Source: a virus. From it: a stretch of 64,000 nucleotides of DNA. Below, piece after piece: positions 32,594 through 41,704 of the stretch. Position numbers and translations under genes: made by a program. The DNA is taken from positions 1 to 64,000 of IMG/VR virus record IMGVR_UViG_3300028831_000378. One strand, given 5' to 3'. The number at the start of each line of letters is the position of its first letter. Position 1 is the stretch's first letter. The notes beneath the pieces were generated by a model, which was given only the letters and a program-made list of their open reading frames with translations, searched no databases and was not told where the DNA came from.

Positions 32594-33280
32594 GTGCCGG
32601 ACAACGTGACGCACCGGCGAGTGGGGCCGGCCGCGGCGAGCGTGGTGCTGTGGGGACTGTCGATCCCGTGGTTCGCGTGGCCGCTGGTGCTGTGGCTGGC
32701 GGAGGTGGCGTCTCCGTGGCCGGACCACATGGAGGGGCCGCCGCGGCGGCTGCGCCGGCGGCTGATCGCGGCCGCGGAGGCGCACTGGCGCGCGAAGCCG
32801 CTGCTGGTGTTCGAGCCGCTGCTGCGCTACCTCCAGCGGCATCGCTGGTGGACGCACGGGCTGCTGTCGGAGGTGGTGATCGCGGCGCTGATCGGCGGGG
32901 CGCTGATCGGGATGCAGTTCGGGGTCGCGGTGCTGGTGGTACAGATCGCGAGCGCGAACTCGTCGGCGGCGGTGGTGATCCCGGCGGCCGTGCAGAACGT
33001 GGCGGCGTGGATCGGGATCTTCGTCGCGCTCGGGCTCGCGATCGGGATGGCCGCGCACTCGCTGCTGGACACGGGCACGCAGTGGGGCTCGCCGATCGCG
33101 TGGCCGATCTCGGGCAAGCGGATCCGGCTGCTGCCGAAGGGGCTGTGGATCGGTGAGCGCGGCGAGACGTGGCTGTGCCGGCTGGCGCACCCGTTCGTCG
33201 TCGTGATGGCGTTCCTGGCGTTCGCTCCGAGCTGGTGGCTGCCGTACGCGTGGGGGCACGTGGAGGCGCTGCTGCGGTGA
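32594..33280 (+). CDS. YdjM/DUF457-like membrane-bound metal-dependent hydrolase
   Basis: Multi-TM protein. HSLLDTGTQWGSPIAWPISG matches the DUF457 H..lD..T..G...lWP signature by eye. Confidence 0.6.
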   Translation: MPDNVTHRRVGPAAASVVLWGLSIPWFAWPLVLWLAEVASPWPDHMEGPPRRLRRRLIAAAEAHWRAKPLLVFEPLLRYLQRHRWWTHGLLSEVVIAALIGGALIGMQFGVAVLVVQIASANSSAAVVIPAAVQNVAAWIGIFVALGLAIGMAAHSLLDTGTQWGSPIAWPISGKRIRLLPKGLWIGERGETWLCRLAHPFVVVMAFLAFAPSWWLPYAWGHVEALLR

Positions 33281-33789
33281 CGGTGCTGGTGCGTCACGAG
33301 CGCCGTTTCGAGTGGCGGCGCATCCCGAAGACGATGAACTCGAACGCGCTGCGGTCGGGCCGCGTGTTCGCGAAGCTGAAGAAGGAGTGGCAGGGCGAGG
33401 CGATGCGCTTTCTGCACTTCGCCGGCATCCCGCGGCCGGTGTTCGCGAAGCCTGATCCGAAGGGGCCGCCGCTCGGGAAGGTGCACGTCGAAGTCGTCTA
33501 CACGTTCGAGCACTGGCGCGGCCGGGATCTGGACAACTACACGTTTTTCATCTCGAAGGTGATCGGTGACGCGCTCGTGGGGCCGAAGTGGGAGGGCCAG
33601 CCGAAGAAGGGGAAGAAGCGCATCCCGGCGAACCTGGCGATGATCGTGGACGGCGCGCGGTATGTCGGCGGGTGGCTGCACGACGACGGGCCGGACGATT
33701 GGGAGCTGACGGTGCGGTTCGAGCGCGAGCCGCGCGAGGACCGCGTGAAGGTGCTCGTCTGGTGGGAGACGGAGGCCGTGGCCGCGTAG
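33277..33789 (+). CDS. RusA-like endodeoxyribonuclease (divergent, with insertion)
   Basis: GTGA overlap. RGRDLDNYTFFISKVIGDALV ... GWLHDDGPDD aligns with the RusA [28 protein letters not shown] core. Confidence 0.55.
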   Translation: MTVLVRHERRFEWRRIPKTMNSNALRSGRVFAKLKKEWQGEAMRFLHFAGIPRPVFAKPDPKGPPLGKVHVEVVYTFEHWRGRDLDNYTFFISKVIGDALVGPKWEGQPKKGKKRIPANLAMIVDGARYVGGWLHDDGPDDWELTVRFEREPREDRVKVLVWWETEAVAA

Positions 33790-33790
33790 G

Positions 33791-33818
33791 GGTATCGGTT
33801 GCAGTTCGGCCGTAGCCT
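33791..33818 (+). promoter_or_regulatory. late-type promoter, copy 3 (tail operon)
   Basis: GGTATCGG at 33791-33798. ATC, then 16 nt, then TAGCCT at 33813-33818. ATG 33828 lies 9 nt downstream. Confidence 0.55.
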
Positions 33819-33827
33819 TCCCGGCAG

Positions 33828-34091
33828 ATGGCCGACGAGACTCCGACCGCGAAGCCGGACCGGGCCGCGGAGCGCGCTGCGGCGCGCGGTACGCAGTCGA
33901 GCCCGGAGCGTGTGCCCGACGAGGTGCGGTACACGGTCGATGATCTGCGCGAGAACCCGCGGCTACTCGGGCCGGACATCACGGAGCCGGCCATCGCCGG
34001 CGCGCTGTTCGGGTCGGCGAAGAAGACGTGGACGCTCGACGAGGTGCGCGGCCGGCTGAACGAGTTCCTGACGCGGGAGCATGACGTCTGA
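33828..34091 (+). CDS. hypothetical protein (first gene of tail operon)
   Basis: ORF-track frame. TGATG coupling to the sheath gene. Confidence 0.6.
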   Translation: MADETPTAKPDRAAERAAARGTQSSPERVPDEVRYTVDDLRENPRLLGPDITEPAIAGALFGSAKKTWTLDEVRGRLNEFLTREHDV

Positions 34092-35569
34092 TGGTGATGG
34101 TCGCCGCTCCGATCATCCCGCAGACGCGGATCCGGTTCGTCGGCGAGCAGCGCGCGCAGGTGCCGGCGAGCATCGGCGAGACGGTCGCGATCATGCTGAC
34201 GCACGATTGGGGGCCGCTGCACACGGAGCTGGCGAAGCCGGAGGTGCTGGCGGACTACCCGGCGTGGATCAATCGCTACGGCGATGGAGCGACCGCGGGC
34301 CGCACGGCCGTCGCGGGCGCGTTCACGGGGCTCGGGCTTCGCGGCGCCGGTGGCGCCGGTGGCGTGATCCCGATCCGGATGGGCACGAACACGGCGCGCG
34401 CGAGCGTGACGCTGAACAACACGGCGGGCACGCCGGCGCCGGCGATCAAGATCGAAGCGCTGTGGGCGGGCACGCGCGGCAACGATTTCAGCGTGCAGAT
34501 CGACGCCGATCCGAGCGACGCGACCCGCGATCGGTTGCGCCTGAAGTACAAGGGCGCCGTGATCGAGACGTACCTCTACACGAAGACGGACATCGCGTCG
34601 CTGGCGGCCGCGATCACAGCACGCGCGACGGGCAACATCCGGGTAGGAGCATCGCCTACGGTCGTCACGGGAACGTCGCTGGCGCTGACGGCCGGGACGT
34701 CGCTTACGGGCGGCTCGAACGGCGACGCGCTGATCGCCGCGGACTACCTGTCGGCGCTCGACGCACTGGAGTTCCAGCCGTTCTCGCTGCTCTCCGCCGC
34801 GAACCTCACGGACGGCGCCACGCAGGCGTCCATCCTGGCGTGGGTGCAGGCGCAGGAGGCCGCGAACCGGCCGGTGATCTGGACGGTCGGCGGGCTCGCC
34901 GGCGAGACGCTGGACACGGCGATCACGCGCTCGACGAACCTCGCGGATCCGCACGTCGTGAACCTCGGCGTCGGTACCTACCTGGATGACCTGCTGAACG
35001 AAACGCTGTCGACGGCGCAGCTTGCGCCACGGATCGCCGGGGTACTCGCGGCGCGCGGGCAGACGAAGGCGCTGACCGGCGCGGAGTTGGGCGGCCTGCA
35101 CGTCATCGGCACGACGGGCGCGTCGACCGCGGACGCGGAGGCGGCGATCCAGCGCGGCGTGACGGTGCTGATCCGGACGGACTCCGACGAGGCGGATCTG
35201 CGGATCGCGAAGGGCCTGACGACGTTCACGAGCGACGTCGATGCGGCACGGCCACGCAAGATTTTCTCCGAGCCACGGTTCCTGCGGATCATGGACATCT
35301 TCATCCGCACGATGAAGCGCTACGGGGATCGCGAGATCGTCGGCGGCGTGCCGGTCAATCAGGACTCGCGCGACGCGGTGACGGCGGAGGGAAAGCGGCT
35401 GATCGGCGAGCTGCTGCGGCTCGGGCTGATCCTGACGAAGGCGCAGGGCGCCGACGCTGACCCGTTCTTCCGTATGCCGGTCACGACGGACGACACGATG
35501 CCGTTCGAGTTCGGGTGGCAGTTCGCGTACACGGCAAACTTCCTGCTCGGCGAAGGGAGGGTGCGCTGA
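34091..35569 (+). CDS. contractile tail sheath protein (XkdK-like)
   Basis: 492 aa, directly upstream of the tube, chaperone and tape measure genes. Sheath-like size and composition. Confidence 0.8.
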   Translation: MVMVAAPIIPQTRIRFVGEQRAQVPASIGETVAIMLTHDWGPLHTELAKPEVLADYPAWINRYGDGATAGRTAVAGAFTGLGLRGAGGAGGVIPIRMGTNTARASVTLNNTAGTPAPAIKIEALWAGTRGNDFSVQIDADPSDATRDRLRLKYKGAVIETYLYTKTDIASLAAAITARATGNIRVGASPTVVTGTSLALTAGTSLTGGSNGDALIAADYLSALDALEFQPFSLLSAANLTDGATQASILAWVQAQEAANRPVIWTVGGLAGETLDTAITRSTNLADPHVVNLGVGTYLDDLLNETLSTAQLAPRIAGVLAARGQTKALTGAELGGLHVIGTTGASTADAEAAIQRGVTVLIRTDSDEADLRIAKGLTTFTSDVDAARPRKIFSEPRFLRIMDIFIRTMKRYGDREIVGGVPVNQDSRDAVTAEGKRLIGELLRLGLILTKAQGADADPFFRMPVTTDDTMPFEFGWQFAYTANFLLGEGRVR

Positions 35570-36075
35570 TGCCCGGCGTCGGGCCGACCGCGAACCTGCC
35601 GGGCCGCGCGCGCCGCTCGGGCCGCTCGGGCACCGTGTGGGAGAACGCACGGCATCTCGGCGAGGTCATCGCGCTCGAATGGAACGTCAACGTCGAGCAG
35701 ATCCCGGTCGTCATCGCCGGTGCGTGGCGTAACGAGGTCAAGCCGGGCGTGGAGGAGCGCGCGGGCACCTTCCGGGTGCAGGACGTGCACGATCGCTGGG
35801 CGCTGCGCGTGTGGCGGTTCATCCGCGCTCGACGCGACGGCGATCGGTCGGCCGCGGCGTTCCCGGAGTTCAATGTCGTCACGAAGCTCGACGACGTGGG
35901 CGCGCCCGATCAGACGCGCTGGCAGCTCACAGACTGCAACCTCTTCGAGTACAGCGGCGGCCACTCGCAGGACGACGCGATCCTGATCCGCGAGATCCCG
36001 TTCTCCTTCCGCGACGACGATCCGCTGCACGCCTGGGAGTACACGGACGACGGTATCGCTGTCACGGAGGCGTGA
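35569..36075 (+). CDS. tail tube protein (XkdM-like)
   Basis: TGATG coupling to the sheath gene. 168 aa. Conserved position. Confidence 0.7.
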   Translation: MPGVGPTANLPGRARRSGRSGTVWENARHLGEVIALEWNVNVEQIPVVIAGAWRNEVKPGVEERAGTFRVQDVHDRWALRVWRFIRARRDGDRSAAAFPEFNVVTKLDDVGAPDQTRWQLTDCNLFEYSGGHSQDDAILIREIPFSFRDDDPLHAWEYTDDGIAVTEA

Positions 36076-36284
36076 TGGCGGACGGCCATCGGCTGCTGCG
36101 GTACTTCCGGTTTGAGCATCTGCCGCCGGAGTTGCGCGCGATCAGCGAGCCGTTCGCGAACCTCGCGGTGCAGATGGTCGAACGGCTCGCCGGCGGCGAT
36201 CCCGCGGAGCTGACGACGGGGCTGCGGAAGCTGCTGGAGGCGAAGGACTGCATGGTGCGCGCCGCTCTCCCGCCGGAGGAGTAG
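36075..36284 (+). CDS. hypothetical protein (69 aa)
   Basis: TGATG coupling. Contains RYFRFEHLPPELRAISEPFANLA...LRKLLEAKDCMVRA. Confidence 0.5.
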   Translation: MADGHRLLRYFRFEHLPPELRAISEPFANLAVQMVERLAGGDPAELTTGLRKLLEAKDCMVRAALPPEE

Positions 36285-36287
36285 CCG

Positions 36288-36635
36288 GTGATCATCGACT
36301 ACGAAGCGGCGTGGCACGAGCTGGCCGCGTTCATCGCGTCGAAGACGCAGCACGGCCGCGAGGCCACGCTCGTCGAGATGACCCGCCTGGCGCAGGAGCA
36401 CCGGGTGCCGGCGGGCGAGCTGTCGCGGATGCTGCGGCTCTACAGCATCGAAGTCGAGCGCACGCGCACGACTTCGCAATCAGACGGGGACGAGGCGGCC
36501 AACTTCGCCGGCGGACCGGGTTCGCCGGCGGATGACGTTCTCCCCCGCCACCATGATCGAGGAGGTCACGATGGGCGGAATGGCAGCAGTGCCCGCGACG
36601 GACGCGGCGAGGGTCGGCGACGCGTCGCCGCGTGA
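36288..36635 (+). CDS. hypothetical protein
   Basis: GTG 36288. The C-terminal third looks low-complexity and overlaps the next gene. Confidence 0.4.
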   Translation: MIIDYEAAWHELAAFIASKTQHGREATLVEMTRLAQEHRVPAGELSRMLRLYSIEVERTRTTSQSDGDEAANFAGGPGSPADDVLPRHHDRGGHDGRNGSSARDGRGEGRRRVAA

Positions 36636-37197
36636 AGCGGATCCGGACCTGAAGGGTGAGCTGGCCGCGGAGGCGTACGCTCGCGATCACGAGGGCCTGA
36701 CGGCCGAGAACGAGCGCGACGCACTGGATTACGTGCTCGCGCCGAAGGCGCCGCGGCTGTACGAGGTGCCGGTGCAGTTCGACACGGAGGACGGGCTGAA
36801 GTCGCTGACGTTCGTGATCCGCGGTGTCGACGGGCGCAAGCTCGACGCGATCGAGATGGAGTCTGTGTCGGACACGACGGGCCGCATTGATCAGGTCACG
36901 GCCGATCTGCGGATCGTCGCGGAGTTGGGATGCGTGCAGCTCGAAGCGGGCGGCCGCGCCGTGAAGCTGACGTCGCCGGAGTTCCGGACGGTGCGGCGCC
37001 CGAAGCCGGGTGGCGCGGAGGACGAGTTCGAGACGTTCGAGCACGCGTCGCCGGTCGAAGCGCTCGAAGCGCGCTTCAAGACGCAGTTGGGGCTGGTGTC
37101 CGGCGTCGCGCGTCGCGTGCGGATGATCTCGGGCTATGACCCGGAGCGCGTCGGCTCGGCGCGCCGGCGGCTGGTGGTGGCGTCGGGAAACTCCTGA
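36571..37197 (+). CDS. tail assembly chaperone (G-like / XkdN-like)
   Basis: GAGGAGG RBS then ATG 36571. Located between the tube and tape measure genes. Ends just after the slippery heptamer. Confidence 0.7.
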   Translation: MGGMAAVPATDAARVGDASPREADPDLKGELAAEAYARDHEGLTAENERDALDYVLAPKAPRLYEVPVQFDTEDGLKSLTFVIRGVDGRKLDAIEMESVSDTTGRIDQVTADLRIVAELGCVQLEAGGRAVKLTSPEFRTVRRPKPGGAEDEFETFEHASPVEALEARFKTQLGLVSGVARRVRMISGYDPERVGSARRRLVVASGNS

Positions 37198-37418
37198 AGG
37201 CGAACGGGGCGGCATGGGAGCTGTATGCACACTGGCGGTTCGGCGGCGGGGATCCCGTGACGCTGTGGCGCGAGTCGCGGCGGCGCCCGGTGCCGGCCGA
37301 TGGCGAGCCGTGGCCGTCGCGTGCGGAGGCGTTCCTGAGCGCTTGTGCGCTGCACGCGGCGGGCCACGAGCGGATGCTCGCCGACATTGCCGACGCGTTC
37401 GCCGGCGATAAGGGGTAG
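36571..37418 (+). CDS. tail assembly chaperone, -1 frameshift extended form (GT-like)
   Basis: A -1 shift at G_GGA_AAC (37185-37191) opens a 77-codon frame (GKLLKANGAAWELYAHWRFGG...AFAGDKG). It ends at TAG 37416-37418, 2 nt before the tape measure GTG. Confidence 0.65.
37185..37191 (+). other. programmed -1 ribosomal frameshift slippery heptamer GGGAAAC
   Basis: X_XXY_YYZ pattern in the zero frame (TCG GGA AAC TCC TGA), 4 nt before the zero-frame stop. Confidence 0.65.
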
Positions 37419-37420
37419 CG

Positions 37421-40400
37421 GTGGCTGAGGGCACCGTTCGCGGCGCGTTCGACCTGGACGTCTCGCAGCCGATTCGTGGGCTGCGGGAGTACCGGCGGGA
37501 GGCGGCGCGCGCGGACACGCAGACGGCGCAGCTCGGCGGGACGATCGACCGGGTGTTCGGGCCGTCGACTGTGGCGCAGTTCCGGGCGGCGCGTGAGGAG
37601 ATGGGCGGGCTCGCGGAGACGTCGCGGACTACGCGGATGACGGTCCGCGACGAGTGGAAGGGGATGCGCCGCGAGATTCAGCGCGAGGCGGCGTCGATCG
37701 TGTCGACGATCGCGACCGTGCGTGACCGGATGCGCGCGCTCGGGCGCGAGACGATGAAGCCGCACATCGACGTCACGGGGATCGCGGCCGCGCTCGCGCA
37801 GGTCGAGCTGCTGACGGCACGACTTGAAGCGCTCGGCGCGATGCGGCCAACGGCGCGCGTCGGGATCGGTGGCGGGATCTCGCGAGCGGCAGCGGGCGCC
37901 GCGGCCGCCGGTGGAGGCGGAGGCCGTGCCGGCGGATCAGGGATCGTGAACCTCGGCGGGATCGGGTTCGCTGGCATCCGCGGGAGGTCGCTGCTGGCGG
38001 CCGGCGGGCTCGCTCTCCCGGCGATTCAGGCGGTCGGCGGTGCCGGTGGTGCGCTGCTCGGGTCGGCGGGCTCCGCCGCGCTCGGAGCGGGCGCTACGGG
38101 CCTTGGCGGGCTCGCGCCGCTGGTGGCCGGCATCGGCGCGGTGATGTCCGTCGCGAAGCCGGCGAACGCGGCGCTGAAGGACGTGTGGAAGGCGCAGGAC
38201 GACTACTCGAAGGCGGTGCGCGAGCATGGCAAGTGGTCGAAGGAGGCGACGGAGGCGCAGCGCGAGCTGACGCGGATGCAGCGGGTCGCGGGGCCGGGCT
38301 CGGGCTACGCGGCGGGGCAGGCGCGCGGGTTCGGTCGTGACTGGCGGCGGATGTCGGCGCCGGCGCGCCAGCAGTATTTCGGGCTGCTCGGCGACGTCGC
38401 GCAGGTCGGTCGGCGTGTGGCGCCGAACCTCGCGCGTAACGCGCTGACGGCGACGACAGCGGTGCGCCAGCAGGGAGCGCGGCAGGCGCGTTTCCTGGCG
38501 GGCGATCGGATGCAGGACGATCTCGGGTTCTTCACGCGGACGTTCGCGCGAGAGTTGCCGACTGCTGAGCGGACGTTGGAGAACGTCGAGCGGACGATGG
38601 TCAACATCGCTCGGGCGTCAACTCCGTTCTTCCATGAGGCGAACGTGTGGGCGCGCGAGCAGACGGCGGGGTGGCGCTCGTCGACTACGAACATCGAAGA
38701 GACGCGCCGGAAGATGGAGCCGCTGGTGGACTCGGCGAAGCGGTGGGCGCATCTGACGGGCACGACGTTCGACCTGATGCGTGACATTGGGCGGATGGGC
38801 CGTCCGTCTGGTGACTCGCTCGTCGGGTCGCTGGACGCGACGTTCACGCGGTGGGATACGTGGATCGAGTCGCATCCGCAGGAGACAGCGAACTTCTTCC
38901 GCGACACGGCGAACTCGACGCGGGAGATGGCGTCCGGGCTCGCTGGCGCGGTGCACTACATGAATCAGCTCGCGACGGCGCTGCGGCCGCTGCTGGATCG
39001 GTTCTCGCAGCTTGTGTCGCTGGCGTCGTCGCTGGGGCTGATCGGGACGCCGGGTGCTGCCGCGGCGATCTTCGGGGCGGTGCGTGGCGCGCGTGGCGCC
39101 GGCGCGGCGGCGAGCGGTGGTGGTGCGGGCCTGGTGGCGGGCGTGGGTGCTGGTGCGGCTATCGCGGGGGCTCGTGCCGGCGGCGTGCCGCGTGCGGGCG
39201 CTGGCGCAACGCGCGCGGGGACGCTGTTGTACGGGTCGGGGTTCCGGTCGGGCGCGCCGGTGTCGCAGCTCGGGTCACGCATGAGCCGCGGCCCGCTCGG
39301 GCGCGGAGCCGGCCGTGCGATGGGTGCGGCACGGGGTGCCGGGCGCGCGTTCGCGCCGATCGCGCTCGGGCTCGGCGCGCTGGACTTCGCGTCTACGCCG
39401 GGCACGTTCACGCAGCGCGCGCAGCAGGCGCTCTCGTCGGCGACGCTCGGGCTGATCCCGGAGGCGTTGACGGGTGCCGGGCAGGCGGCGGCGGGTGTCG
39501 ACGAGGCGCGGAGATCCGCGGCGGGCATGGGCTCGGCGAGATCCGCGGCGGACCTGCGGAGGCAGATCGCGGAGCTGTCGCGACGTCGAGCGGGAGTGGT
39601 GGCGCGCACGAGGCCGTCCTCAGACACGGGGCTGCTGGGCGGCCGCGGTGCGCTGGGACTTTTCGATCCGGGGCACGGCGGCGACAAAGGGCCGACTGCG
39701 GAGGAGCAGCGAAAGAACGTGGCGAAGGCCGCGGAGTATGCGCGGGTGATCAAGGCGCTACGCGAGCAGGAGGACGCGCTGAATCGCTCGCGGCAGCGGT
39801 CGCTGGCGGACCTGTCGGCGCGTCGCGGCGCCGCGTACGGCGCGCGGCTCGGGAGCGCCTATCAGGTCTACCGGAAGGCGGGCCTGGGCCGGCAGGAGGC
39901 GGCGGGCCGCGTCGTGTCGCAGGTGCAGCATCGCCTCGCGGGAACGACGCAGCCGGAGGGCGTGGAGGCGCTGGGCGAGTCGTCGCTGTCGTGGGCGCGC
40001 GCGATGGCGAAGGGTCATCCGGAGATGAAGAAGACGGTCGACGAGTTGACGCGCTCGATCACGGCGCGTTTCAAGAAGCTCGGGCACGACGTGCAGATCG
40101 TGAACGGCGACATCCTGCGCGGCACGAGGTCGGAGTGGCGCGGGATCGCGGCCGCGATGACGACGGCGACGGAGCAGGCGCGGCAGAAGACGCGTTCGGA
40201 CTTCACGGCGATTCAGCGGCAAGCGATCGGGTCGCTGGTGGCGATGGGCATGTCGCAGTCGCAGGCGCGCTCGACGGTGCAAGGGCTAGAGGCCGGGAGT
40301 CGGCAGGCGCAGGACACGGTGAAGGCGTACAGCTCGGGCAACGCGCCGAAGACGCTGAAGGGGTCCGGGCTCGTCGGCGGCGGCGCGCCGAACGCGCGTG

Positions 40401-41704
40401 GCGGCATGATCGGCGGGAGCGGCCTGATGGATACGGTCCCGACGCCGGATGGTGGGACGGCGGCACCGGGGGAGACGTGGATCGCGAATCGGCACACGAT
40501 GGCGAAGCTCGGACTGGCGACGCGAGCGATGTACGGGCTGACGGCGCAGCAGATGATCCGCGGCGAGACGCGTCGGCACTCCGCGCCGGCGTACGCGCGT
40601 GGCGGGCTCGCCGGCGGCATCGGGTCGCTCGGGCGGATCCTGATCGGGCAGTTCCCGGGCCTGTCGGTCACGAGCACGACGGGCGGGAAGCACGCGGCGG
40701 GCTCGTACCACTACCGGGGCATGGCGGAGGACATCGCGGGGCCGCCGGCGACGATGAACGCGGCGGCGCGATGGGTGGCCGTGAACTACGGCAAGTCGCT
40801 CGCGGAGGGCATCCATAACCCGGGCCTGAGCGTGAAGGACGGCAAGACGGTCCCCTCGTCGTTTTGGGGCGCGCAGACGTGGCGCGGGCACGCCGATCAC
40901 ATCCATCTCGCGGTCATCGGCGCCGCGCTCGCGGCGGGCGGGCTCGCCGGCGGCGGCAGGGCCGGCGGCCTGGCGGGCGGGCAGATCAGGGTGCGCGGGC
41001 TCGGGCAGCGCCAGCCGGGCGTGCCGGGCGTGATCCGTGGCCGCGCCGGCGACGTGTACGCGGCGGGGTTGCAGCGGCAGGTGAACGCGGCGCTCGGCGG
41101 TGGTGGCACGACGGCCGGGGCGATGGGCGGCTCGATCGCGCAGATGGTCGCGGCGGCCGGCCTGCCCGCAGTGTTCAATGCGATCATCCGGGCGGAGTCC
41201 GGAGGCAACCCGAACGCGCGGAACGCGTCGGGCGCGAGCGGCCTGACGCAGATAATGATGCCGCTGCATCAGGGGCTCGTCGCACGGTACGGCGGCAACG
41301 TGTTCGACCCGATGACGAACCTGCGCGTCGCAAAGCACCTCTACGACGAGTCGGGTCTGTCTCCGTGGACGGCTTCGCGGGGCGTGTGGGGCAAGTCGCT
41401 CGGGCGTGCTCGCGGCGGCCGGATGAAGTGGGCGGGCGCGTTCGATCGCGGCGGGTCGTTCACGACGGACGGGCCGACAGCGTTCGTCGCCGGCGAAGGG
41501 CCACGCAACCGGCGCGAGCGCGTGACGGTCACGCCGGCGGGCTCGAACACGGGTGGCGCGCAGGTGCACGTGACGTTCGCGCCTGGCTCGATCGTGATCC
41601 ATGCCGGGAAGGGCGGGGTCGACGCGAAGTCGATCGGTGAGCAGGTCGCCGGCGAGATCCTGGCGGCGCTACGCAACGGCGCGACGTCGGCGGTGATCGG
41701 CTGA
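37421..41704 (+). CDS. tape measure protein with C-terminal muralytic domains
   Basis: 1427 aa, Ala/Gly-rich helical. GGKHAAGSYHYRGMAEDI is a peptidase M15/Hedgehog-like motif. IIRAESGGNPNARNASGASGLTQIM is an SLT lytic transglycosylase motif. Confidence 0.85.
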   Translation: MAEGTVRGAFDLDVSQPIRGLREYRREAARADTQTAQLGGTIDRVFGPSTVAQFRAAREEMGGLAETSRTTRMTVRDEWKGMRREIQREAASIVSTIATVRDRMRALGRETMKPHIDVTGIAAALAQVELLTARLEALGAMRPTARVGIGGGISRAAAGAAAAGGGGGRAGGSGIVNLGGIGFAGIRGRSLLAAGGLALPAIQAVGGAGGALLGSAGSAALGAGATGLGGLAPLVAGIGAVMSVAKPANAALKDVWKAQDDYSKAVREHGKWSKEATEAQRELTRMQRVAGPGSGYAAGQARGFGRDWRRMSAPARQQYFGLLGDVAQVGRRVAPNLARNALTATTAVRQQGARQARFLAGDRMQDDLGFFTRTFARELPTAERTLENVERTMVNIARASTPFFHEANVWAREQTAGWRSSTTNIEETRRKMEPLVDSAKRWAHLTGTTFDLMRDIGRMGRPSGDSLVGSLDATFTRWDTWIESHPQETANFFRDTANSTREMASGLAGAVHYMNQLATALRPLLDRFSQLVSLASSLGLIGTPGAAAAIFGAVRGARGAGAAASGGGAGLVAGVGAGAAIAGARAGGVPRAGAGATRAGTLLYGSGFRSGAPVSQLGSRMSRGPLGRGAGRAMGAARGAGRAFAPIALGLGALDFASTPGTFTQRAQQALSSATLGLIPEALTGAGQAAAGVDEARRSAAGMGSARSAADLRRQIAELSRRRAGVVARTRPSSDTGLLGGRGALGLFDPGHGGDKGPTAEEQRKNVAKAAEYARVIKALREQEDALNRSRQRSLADLSARRGAAYGARLGSAYQVYRKAGLGRQEAAGRVVSQVQHRLAGTTQPEGVEALGESSLSWARAMAKGHPEMKKTVDELTRSITARFKKLGHDVQIVNGDILRGTRSEWRGIAAAMTTATEQARQKTRSDFTAIQRQAIGSLVAMGMSQSQARSTVQGLEAGSRQAQDTVKAYSSGNAPKTLKGSGLVGGGAPNARGGMIGGSGLMDTVPTPDGGTAAPGETWIANRHTMAKLGLATRAMYGLTAQQMIRGETRRHSAPAYARGGLAGGIGSLGRILIGQFPGLSVTSTTGGKHAAGSYHYRGMAEDIAGPPATMNAAARWVAVNYGKSLAEGIHNPGLSVKDGKTVPSSFWGAQTWRGHADHIHLAVIGAALAAGGLAGGGRAGGLAGGQIRVRGLGQRQPGVPGVIRGRAGDVYAAGLQRQVNAALGGGGTTAGAMGGSIAQMVAAAGLPAVFNAIIRAESGGNPNARNASGASGLTQIMMPLHQGLVARYGGNVFDPMTNLRVAKHLYDESGLSPWTASRGVWGKSLGRARGGRMKWAGAFDRGGSFTTDGPTAFVAGEGPRNRRERVTVTPAGSNTGGAQVHVTFAPGSIVIHAGKGGVDAKSIGEQVAGEILAALRNGATSAVIG

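Noticed and set aside
38851-40818. 655-aa alternative + frame inside the tape measure gene.
   Set aside because: It lies wholly within the 1427-aa tape measure frame. The translation is Gly/Arg/Ala junk.
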